Position numbers and translations under genes: made by a program. Below the pieces are notes generated by a model. That model ran no database searches. It saw only the letters and a program-made list of their open reading frames with translations, and was not told the origin of the DNA. DNA of 60,392 bases, the filler included, from Sphacelaria rigidula (Eukaryota): NCBI GenBank assembly GCA_964200075.2. It is 8 parts of 8 records of this genome, joined end to end, with 100 filler letters (N's around TTAATTAATTAA, not from the genome) between each part and the next. Parts side by side here need not be neighbours in the genome. Positions count along the whole stretch, not along the records: positions 45,373 to 52,832 come from CAXNAA020014821.1; positions 52,933 to 60,392 come from CAXNAA020014822.1; 6 more parts are not named here. The stretch is one strand, 5' to 3'. Positions 50,754 through 60,392 of the stretch are shown here, piece after piece; the stretch's first letter is position 1; every line of letters starts with the position of its first letter.

Positions 50754-52832
50754 ATGTTACCCCGTATTGGCGCACCAGCCGACACAGAACATTTTGTGTC
50801 GGCGAGACAACAACTCCTCCCTCTTACGGGACATGCTAACTTGGAACCCGGCGATGTTTTAGGAATCGCCGCTGCTCCCCTGATGCACATCCCACTCGAG
50901 ACGTGCGTCACAGAGCCTGACGCACTAAACACCACATCTCCGGCGGAGTCAGTACATTGTGTCGATGAACCCCATTTCGATCTCGCCTCTGCTACTCCAC
51001 CCCAGGTCCACACAGTGGATCCTGCCCAGTCAAATTCCGATCCTCCTGCTGATGTGCTTCACCGCTTATCACCAGATTCTCGGAATAGCTTCTTGCACAT
51101 GTGGAACCAACTTCCGCCACACATGCGCGACATCAATTTTGACCTTCATGGGCCCGGCTGGGAACCGGCAGTCATCCAAGAGCTCAGTGATGTCCTGCTA
51201 CAGTACCAAGACCGATTTTCCCGATTCAAGACGGATCTTGGGCATTGCAAAACACTGCCCTTTGAGGTTACCCTCCAACCCGGTGTCTCGCCAATTTCTT
51301 CTCGGCCATACCGCACCAACCCAATCCTTACCAAGAAATTTAACGCCATCTTGGATGCGTATTTGGGAGCGGGACTAACCCAACATTCCTCCTCTCTTTG
51401 GGCCTCGTCACTTGTGGTCGTCCCCAAAAAGGATGGAAACATACGCATCACCGTGAATTATCAACGGTTGAACTGCGTCACTGTCGTTGGTAAACTTCTA
51501 ATTCCCCGCATTGATGAAGTCTTCGACTCCTTAGGCGAAGGCAAAATATTTAGCACCTTCGACCTCGCTTCTGAATTTTTTCAGAATGCTATACACCCTG
51601 ACACAGTCCCACTGACGGCTTTTTGCACCTCGCCCGGACTCTATGAGTGGCTTCGCATGCCACGCCACTGCCCCGGGATGCTTTCAACGCTTAGTGCAAC
51701 GCGTCACCGAGGGCCTCGAGCACATCATCATGTACTTGGATGACGGTATTGCTTTCGATGCCTCACCTATTGCACATATACGCACTCTACGAGAATTTCT
51801 CTCTCGCCTACCTACGCACGATTTGAAACTGTCTCCATCCAAAGCTCGCCTTGGTGCGGCTGACTTGGATTTCTTGGGGCATTCCATTTTGCCAGCAGGC
51901 CAGCATCCGGATACAAACAAAGTCAAGGCGATGACTGATTTGCCGATGCCAACTAACATTTCTCAACTTCGCTCATTGTTGGGTGGGCTATCCTACTACT
52001 GCAAATTCTTGCCGAATTTATCGAAACCGATTCGCCCCCTTACTGAGCTACTCAAGAAAGGAGCCGTGTTTTCTTTCACCACAGAAATGGAGACTATCAC
52101 CCGCGAATCACTCAAGATGCTTACCGAAAAGCCCATACTCTGCCTTCCTGATTGGGAGGCAGTGCAAGATGGCTCCCGTCTTTTCCAAGTCCATACTGAC
52201 GCCAGCACAAATGGTTTTGGAGGAGTTTTAAATCAACCTCAGGTTGATGGCTCTGTCCGACCCATTCTTTATATCAGCCGCGCTACCCTGCCCAACGAGG
52301 CCAATTGGAGCCCGCTAGAACTGGAAGGCGGAGTAATCACTTGGGCCATTAAGCGCCTTCGACAATATCTGTTTCACGTGCCCTTCGAGATCTATACGGA
52401 TCACGAAGCACTTGAACAACTCGCCAAGGTTGGTGAACACAACCCTCGTATACAACGATGCTTGGAATTTTTAACAGCATACCAGTATACCATTAAGCAC
52501 CGTCCAGGCAAAACCAACGGGAACGCGGACCTTCTTTCCCGCCTGCCTCTGCCACCTACGGCCGCAGATTCCAGCCCGGCTTGCCGTCTAACGGAACCCG
52601 ATGAACCCGGAATTTTCGCGATCAGACGTTTTTCAACGCCCGTTTGCGCCCTCGACCTCCAGTGCCCGAAAACCGGTATGCATATGGGAAGACCTCGCCC
52701 TCTACCATATGACGCCGTCTTGGGTGGGTTAAAGCCCACTACCTCCGATTTTGTCGATTTTCGCACTTTCGGTACTCGCGCGAAACTCTTCGCGGAGACA
52801 CCCCCAGTCACCCACCTTATCTCCGACAACAC
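50754..52832 (+). pseudogene. pol: Reverse transcriptase + RNase H, one frameshift near 51660
   Basis: VVVPKKDGNIRITVNYQRLN, IPRIDEVFDSL, FSTFDLAS, YEWLRMP, YLDD (51733-51744), VHTDAS, ELE, YTDHEAL, NADLLSR. Confidence 0.96.
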
Positions 52833-52932
52833 NNNNNNNNNNNNNNNNNNNNNNNNNNNNNNNNNNNNNNNNNNNNTTAATTAATTAANNNNNNNNNNNN
52901 NNNNNNNNNNNNNNNNNNNNNNNNNNNNNNNN
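52833..52932. other. Artificial scaffold linker
   Basis: Same N44-TTAATTAATTAA-N44 structure. Confidence 0.98.
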
Positions 52933-53483
52933 GTGCTCCGTCCCGGCATTGTAGGGATGCGAGGTCAATGGTGTTATGACTATGGCATGTATGATCATGA
53001 GTACACCATCCACTCCTCGGCATGAGTCCGGAGTCTCGAGGAGGGTCATACGGACACTCCCACGGCGTTGGATCAGCATTCTCTCAGTCCGACGGCTTTC
53101 ATCGAAAATGATGCGTCAACGGCGCCTGATATATGTGCAACGTCGGGGTCTCGTATAGTGTCGTCAAGCCGGGCTGGCGACCCACCGCACTATGCTGATA
53201 TTCCCGCTGTACACGGGATATCGACACCCCGAAATTGCAAGTATCCCAGCGTGCCTGAGGTGTCGACTGCCGGACGTGAAAACATATCCCTAGGGGGTAC
53301 CCGCGATATCAACCTACCAACACCTCAGAATACCCTGTCGTGAAGCGTTCGCTACCCGGATCACCTTTTATTTTATTATTATTATTTATTTGTTTTGTAT
53401 GTATCCACTGTCACGGAGTGGAGCCAATTGTGTAGTCGACCTCATGGCATACGCATTGAATATGGCCTTACCAACCGTATACG

Positions 53484-53508
53484 TATATATATATATATAT
53501 ATATATAT
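53484..53508. repeat. (TA)n microsatellite
   Basis: Read directly. Confidence 0.95.
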
Positions 53509-53574
53509 TGTCATCACGGACGCCCTTGCCTTGTGTCACACAACACCCATCCACGATCGCATCGTTCGAGGCAG

Positions 53575-53671
53575 GTGGAGTTGTGGCACACGAGCTACAT
53601 ACTCAAGCACGCGACACGGCGATCGCTCGTGGTACTGGACGAGCTGGGTCGGGGAACCAGCACTCACGACG
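53575..53671 (+). CDS. MSH3: MutS homolog exon (Walker B region), MSH3-like
   Basis: cag|[33 protein letters not shown]|gtaag. The THDG variant is typical of MSH3. Confidence 0.9.
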
Positions 53672-54923
53672 GTAAGAAATGTCCCTCAAGCATTACTTAT
53701 CGTTGCGGACGTTTGCGGTGCTTTGAAAGAGAGCAGCAACCTATTGGTGAATACGTAGTATGTACTGTGGAGCACGGTAGAGCTTAGGGATCTACGGGAA
53801 AGTAGTTGCAGCAGCCGAAGGTGTAGCTTTTGCTGCCTTGACGAGGATGACCGTTGCTGTCCGTGGTCGGAGGTCCTCCAGAGCTAGGCGCATTATCTTC
53901 GTTGCGCATGCAGACTAGATAGTGGCTTAGGTGTTCCTCAGGCCATGTAGTCCCGGCCTCTGTAGGATGGCACATGGTTGTCGAGGGTCACGAGAAGAAG
54001 AGGCGACGGGGTTTGGAAAACGGGCCTCCAGGGCTCATCCGCTGGAAGCCTCTCTGCCGCACCGGTCTTTGATCGCGGGAGCATGTTTTGAATGTACGTC
54101 GTTCTCCGCGATGTGCTCTGTTACACATGTGACTTGCCACAGCAACAATATTTTACTTGTCTCGCCGTTGATATTTGTCATGATCGAGGCATCCCCGTAA
54201 TGCTTACTTTCCAGTCCTTTGCTTCTGTCGAGTATCTCCTTGTTTTGTACCCGCGAGCGATGGTTTTGAAAGTGAGAAATTTAGCAGCTCGTGCCTTGAT
54301 TTCAACTCGTTTTCCCTTCACACGGGAGAGTTTGGAGAGTTGGGAGAGTTGAAGCATTTTCCCGCGTGGTCGCAGTGGTCACACATGCTCGTGGGCGCAA
54401 AGGCCGCGGAGATGGCTGCTCATGGACTACGCGTGTAAGCAAGAGCTACCATCCGCCCAATTTGATGCTCGGTGATGGCGCATGCAGTCATTTGTCTTTG
54501 TCGCACGGTGCGGAGGCAGCGTTTGAGCGTGTCTCGATACTATTCGTACCCGTAATTTTCTCATCCTTTAGTACTACAGTAGCCCTCCCCCCTTCTATTC
54601 CCACCTCCATCTCCACGTGCGATTGATTGTGCTGAGCGCGAGACAGTCGCTTGCACGAATGAACGATTTAAAGTCGCGATTGCTCTTGTTTGCAGCCCTT
54701 TTCAGTCCATCCATCACCCTTGTTTAGTACAGTAGTACTGATGATCAATACTCGCAACACCCAGTCTATCAATATCGCTTTTTTATCCCCCCACACACCT
54801 TCCCGTTTTCAACAAAAAACAGTTTACATTTTTGGGGGGGGGGAGGGTCACTCAGTAGTCGAAGGTTGCTCGACGCCTCGAGGCCTGAACATAGGACCGC
54901 AGATGGTAAATATTCGGAACGTT

Positions 54924-54925
<2 letters not shown>

Positions 54926-54966
<41 letters not shown>
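54926..54966. repeat. (GT)n microsatellite
   Basis: Read directly. Confidence 0.95.
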
Positions 54967-54967
<1 letters not shown>

Positions 54968-55128
54968 ACATCTCGTGTATCTCCTTTGCAATCATGATAT
55001 GTACCTTACCAAGTACGTACATCGGAAATATACTTCATCCTTGTGTCGAAAGGAAAGGTCCTTCGTTCCTAAGGTATGCTGTGACTCTTTCCGTCATCCC
55101 TTCCTTCCCGCCGTCCTTTTTTACAATA

Positions 55129-56061
55129 CCGTAAAAGTGCGAGAGATGGCACCGGGTGCGATCGATTTTTTAAATGTTTTTTTCTCGGATTTTTTTCACA
55201 CCCCGGTGCCATCTCCCCGACCCCGGTGCCAAAATGCAATTAAATGATTATTTCTGGATTATTCAACGCACTCCGGTGCCATCTCTCCGACCGGTGTGAT
55301 GCCCAAACAAATGCAAACCGTGGCTTACATACATACTGATGATGCTACAGCAGTGCTGAAAGCGGGCACCCCGGTGCCCATCTCTCGCACCATCACCACA
55401 CTCCATACTGCCTTACAGCAACTCATCGGTACCGTTGTACGAGCAAATAAAAGTGTGATGCAATAACGGGAAGACACAGGAAGCACACACCAGACACATC
55501 TACACCGCTAGCTGTACACCGCGCACAACAACCCGAACCAGAAAAGGCGGCGAAATAGATTAGGAAGAAAAATCTCCCGCCAAGGTCCCGCCGATTTTTT
55601 TTGTGTGGTACCGCAGAGCACACACACAACCCAACCGTGTCAGAGGACGCAGGTGCCCAAACCACCTCCTCACAGCCCAGTGGCAATGCTGCTACTGCTG
55701 CTCCTACTTCGGCTGCTTCATTTGGGTGTGTACCGTACTTTGTTCGGACGGAATGAGCGATTTTCCATGCGGATTGAATGAAAATAACAGACATCATCCT
55801 GCTTGAACCGTGACCATACGCGAAGTAGTGTTGCCCCGAGAACATGCTGACAACACTACACACGTGAAAGGTACCCATGTGTGTACATGCACCAGCTCAT
55901 GCGCGGCCCTGCTCCACCCGCGGAACCCTCAGAGTTGGGTTCCGGCTCGGTGCGAAAATACAATTAAATCATGCCATTTCCACTCTTTTTTGCGCACCGC
56001 CGTGCCAGCTCCCCGACCGGTGCCATCTTCCCGACCGGTGCCATCTCTCGCACTTTTACGG
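55129..56061. mobile_element. pogo/Tc1-mariner-like non-autonomous element in the MSH3 intron
   Basis: Perfect TIR CCGTAAAAGTGCGAGAGATGGCACCGG. TA on the left flank, TC on the right. Several subterminal CCGGTGCCATCT motifs. Confidence 0.85.
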
Positions 56062-56215
56062 TCATCCGTTACTCTTCAACCTTCCGCGCGCGACCCCTCG
56101 CCGTCCTTTTTTGCGATAGTCCTCTTTGATTACGCCTTCCTCCCCCGCCGTCCTTCTTTGTTTTTGCGATCATACGTTTTGCCATTCGTGCGTACGCGCG
56201 TACGTGCGCGTGCAG

Positions 56216-56330
56216 GTGTTGCCATAGCCCTTGCGACGTTACGGCATGTGGTACGAGATCTAGGGTGCGCTACGTTGTTTGTGACTCACTATCCCCAAGT
56301 GGCAGATCTCGCCGCGGACAAGTCGCTCAG
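56216..56330 (+). CDS. MSH3: Next MSH3-like exon
   Basis: cag|(G)VAIALATLRHVVRDLGCATLFVTHYPQVADL..|gtgtg. Its phase joins the previous exon across a 2544-nt intron (G+GT = Gly). Confidence 0.9.
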
Positions 56331-57526
56331 GTGTGTGCGGGAGTTAGTTGCGGGGAATTTGTAGTCTACAGTTGATTCCAGCCTTTCCTTTTTCTTGTCA
56401 TGATTTATTTTTGCTGGTAAGGTGGAAGTTACTGTAAAGAAAGAAATGCAGAGTGACAAAATCATCGTTTTTTTGTTCTTCATATTTTACTTTTTCGTTG
56501 CTGTTGTTTGAAAGGAACGACCGTTCCATCGCAACTGCTTGGGTTGGTGTTGGGAATATATCTCGAATCCTGGTGGTTTATTAATGTCATGAAAATACCG
56601 TAGGCAATAACTGACTGCACGAAAATCGGTACCCATCCAGATGGTGTATAATGCCTCTTGGTATATGTCTTGAAATTCACTACCGTAATCTGCAAATGCC
56701 CTTCCCAATATTTATCCCATAGTCGCATGTATGGTATCATACTGACTGCCAAGGACAACTGAAGAAGGTGACATAGCTATATTTTTGTTTGAGGCCATGG
56801 CGGTGGCGCTAAGGGGTAAGCGTTACTTAGACCAAATCACACCCTTCTAATTGTTCCGACATTCAAATACAAATTTCCATCACAATTTCTACCCAATATC
56901 CACATGCCTCAAATCGTAGTGACCGCACCAGCTCGGGAATCTAACATAAAAAGAAAAAAACAGGGAACAGATTCTAAAACGGTTTCCATGAGATCAAGTT
57001 ATGACTCAAACCGTATCTATTTATGTTATATAGGGAGTTGGTGTCGTGAAATTTCCATTCATGATGCGCATCAAAGACCCAACAATCCTCCGGACGATTC
57101 CCCTTTTATCCATCGTCGAAAAGCTCAGACCGCCTTGAAACTCGGCACGTCGGTGTGTATTGGTGCTCCAAATGGGAATGTGTAATATTGGGAGTAAAAT
57201 TGCAAGTTCCTTCGCTCTTTTTCCGTCTCCCGGGGTGTACCGGCGTGAAGACCCCCAGGAGACAGTGTAGAATAGCCCAACGGATATTTTTAGGAATCTT
57301 CGTTGCATAACTCCAAAAACTACGCAATAGGGTCGTTATCACGTTGAACGTACCGGAAAAGTCGGCGTCGATACGAGCTGGGCCAGCTGACCATGAGTTC
57401 TGGACGAAGAGTGGAGATGTCATTGGTAGTTCGAAGAGTTAGACGCTGAAATTTTGATACGACATTTTTGTCATTAACCCGCGCGACCCTATCAGTGGTG
57501 TAGAGGGGGAAAAAAAAGGAAGTTAA

Positions 57527-58564
57527 CCCTTTTGGGACCGATCTCCCACTAACACAGGATTGACCCTGTGTTGGTGAAATAATTTAAAGCAAGTCTTCGA
57601 GCGACCTGCTCAATCACGGCGAGGCGAAAGTTATCGACCAGACCCGAACGACCAGTGCTAGGGTTGTTGGCGAGTGTGATGCCACTGTAAAGATCCCTGG
57701 CCCAGATAAGCCTTCGCAGGTTTCCAAGCACAGGGCGGTCGGAACTTGATTATATGATATGACTTGCACTCAGTATACCGTTCCCGAGTTTTCCGGTGGG
57801 TTTTTCGGGTATCAATTCCATACTAAAACGTAGTAATTTACTCTAACACAGGATCGACCGGAAAAGCCGGGGAGGGGTGTACATGCTACCATGTGGTCAT
57901 TTTCACCACGCCCTAAATCCAGGTGGGCTGTGGAAAGGCAAAAGGATCTACTGCCATGAGTTCTGCTTATCCCTCTGGCGATGACATGCAGGATGCAGTG
58001 AATAAGTACGTAGTGGATGGGGATCAAGAAGCTGGCTGTATGTAGGCAGTTGATCACGGTAGCCGAAAAACTGCCTAGAACGTGCAAGGGTGTATGCAGC
58101 GGCAGCTGCTGCTTCAGTCGGAGAGGGGTACTACACTGTACTGTATACTATACTGTTGAATGCATGAGCGCCGCAACGTTGATTCCCTTCGAAGAGAATT
58201 TGCCGCATGCAACAAAGGGGGGAAATGGCGGCCCACCCCGACAACAAAGGGCTGTGTGGCAAGGTGATGGGACAATAGTATCATCCAAAGCCACAAGTGG
58301 CGGGCGGCCCGCTGGTCGCCGCATCCTTTTCGAAGCTAGCTCTTTACCACGACTCATACTGCTTGCTACATCAGATGTACACCACCTAATGCGCACCCTG
58401 CACCTGAAAATAGTAAAATAGTTCGGATGAAACTTTCGGTCTTCGTCATAAACCTGCGGTACATACGCGGATTTTCAGCAACACGCCACTGTTTTGTGCA
58501 GACGCCAGACACGTCATTTCTGACCAGCCTACTTGGTCGTTCTGGAGGCCCGGTCCCAAAAGGG
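57527..58564. mobile_element. piggyBac-like non-autonomous element
   Basis: TTAA|CCCTTTTGGGACCG ... CGGTCCCAAAAGGG|TTAA: perfect 14-bp TIR with TTAA TSD. Confidence 0.93.
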
Positions 58565-59168
58565 TTAAAGCGAGTTGAAGTTTCAGCAAAAACAGGAAAA
58601 ATTCTAGAACTTCCTTGAAAACTAATAAAAACGACGACAACGCCCCAACACATACGGGCACTCGCGTCAACGACATCCTGGTGAAGTTTCGGCCAAGAAT
58701 ACCTCAAATTGGGCTTTGCGTCGCACTTTTCATGTGACACGGCTGCGCCCGTTTAGTTCAAATGATACAGGAGACTCCAACTATGGAGGTCATGAGTTCG
58801 AATCCCAACACATTCTCTTCTTTCCCCGTCCATATATATTATGCAGTACATTTTTTTTTTTCTTCATTCAGCGGCGGTGCCGTGTGTTACCAGGTTGGTC
58901 TGCACTTCACAGCGATGTGCTCAAGTCGCGCTGATTTGGAGAACTTGAGGAGTTGTGGTGTGGAAAGCGAATGCGGGATTTACTGCTGGCCCAGCTCGTA
59001 CTAAAATCAAGTAGTCAGGGATTTGTACCATTTTAACTTCACTTCATCCCACAGGAACGGAAAAGTTCGCGCCGTGTCTCGGAGCGAGACTCTGAACCTC
59101 TGCACACACATACTGCAGGTCATTACGCAACTTTCGAAGAATGGACTCTTTCGGTTTTCTTGTTTTTT

Positions 59169-59236
59169 CACGGGTTATCGGGGGTCCCAGAAGAGCATGT
59201 GATCCCCCAGGATCCTGGGACCCCCGATAACCCGTG
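59169..59236. mobile_element. 68-bp minimal TIR element with CACGGG termini
   Basis: Perfect 22-bp inverted repeat CACGGGTTATCGGGGGTCCCAG / CTGGGACCCCCGATAACCCGTG around a 24-nt core. Confidence 0.8.
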
Positions 59237-60308
59237 AAGTAACAAGCAGGAAAAGCAACCTTGTAAAATCCGTAATCACCCATGTGTATATGTTGCAAAT
59301 TTTCAGTTTACCTCCAAAAAACGGCGTGAGCTCTCGCGGATGATGGAACTCTGGGTGATGAGCGTGAACAAGCCTTCATGCAGAAAGTGTTGGGCGGCAC
59401 GTGAACCACCGTTTTCGTATTTTGATACGAAGCACTGTTTGATACTCCTTCAACCTTCACTGCCCGAGACCGTTACATTTTTTGTCGTTGGTCACCCAGA
59501 ACCCGTTATTGCTTTTGTTTTTTTCTGAGCATATTTTTGCGCAATTTTGTGCTTGAAACACTCTCATAAAAATTTCAGAATTAGGCTGGCTACGCCTCTC
59601 CGTTGACATCCATCATACTTATATACACTAAAAAATAAAGCGAAAAATGGTTGCGATAATTTTACGCTGTACCTTTTTTTCTTCTGTTGCAAGTATTAAA
59701 CAAACATTGTCCAAGGCGTGAAACATAAATATGCGTGAAAAAGAAACGAGAGATGAATACGTGGCCGACGGATAGGATTGTATTCGGACGTTGAGTTGCA
59801 CACTTGATTGCACCAGCCAGGCGTTCACTTTTGACGGCTTTTTTTTTATTGAATAACATGAATATGAAAATATATATGTATGTATCCTTAGAGGAATAAT
59901 AATAGGGTCCTTGCCCTCTATTTTGAAGATCCATGATCCATGGAGCAGGCCTTGGCTGTCACCTGCAACTGTGGTCCCCCTCAAGGACTAGGGGTCGGTA
60001 CGAGAGTGTAGCAGGATGAGGCACGCTACAAAAACGCCCTCTGGAGGGGGGGCGAGGTTGACGAAGTTGGGGTGCTGTGGTTGTGATGGAACCAGTGTTG
60101 GGAAAATGCGGGAATCATCGTATGTGGGGGGCTGCAAATTCTTGCCAGAGACAACGGGGTTCGTTGGTGTGATGAATGACTGGATACACTCATTTTTCTG
60201 CTTTCTGTCGTACGTTCAATCCCTCCTCAGTTCGGGGACGAATCTATATTTAGTCTCAAGCGACTAAGCCTACCTATAACGTTTTGGTTTGGCAAATTGA
60301 ATCACCCC

Positions 60309-60342
<34 letters not shown>

Positions 60343-60392
60343 CCCCCCCCCACCCCCCCTCCCCGCCTTCCCCCGCGGCCCCCGCGCGGCGG

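Larger units (their letters stand above)
45373..52832 (+). mobile_element. Ty3/Gypsy LTR retrotransposon internal region filling the whole scaffold
   Basis: Domain order gag-CCHC-PR-RT-RNaseH. Integrase is not reached before the scaffold ends. Confidence 0.97.

Noticed and set aside
7464-52932. Regular ~7.56-kb periodicity and the TTAATTAATTAA palindrome
   Set aside because: Artificial linkers between length-sorted scaffolds. Any gene neighbourhood across them, such as ATPase + MSH3 + RT, is meaningless.
337-60267. Most short ORFs in the supplied track
   Set aside because: They are shadow frames of transposon genes, microsatellite translations or random ORFs with no recognisable motifs.

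Overview
This window is not one locus. It is eight unrelated small scaffolds (7463, 7462, 7462, 7462, 7462, 7461, 7460 and 7460 bp, sorted by length) joined by identical 100-nt linkers (44 N + TTAATTAATTAA + 44 N), so neighbourhood across linkers means nothing. The DNA is eukaryotic, repeat-rich and has long GT-AG introns; a brown alga or other stramenopile is my inference, not a demonstrated result. Host genes appear only as isolated exons: one P-type IIC (Na+/K+-type) ATPase exon and two correctly phased MSH3 exons. The rest is mostly decayed transposons. These are three copies of a Ty3/Gypsy lineage with a very long Gag (one copy with PR-RT-RNaseH), a rearranged chromovirus with its 3' LTR, two RTE-like LINEs, and many non-autonomous TIR elements (piggyBac-like, pogo/Tc1-like, CACGG-ended, and one with a 4-bp TSD). 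The most unusual signal is the ~0.9-kb segment between gag and protease in the Gypsy lineage. Comparing two copies by hand, substitutions there fit selection on an antisense reading frame, which suggests a hidden antisense gene overlapped by the open pol frame.
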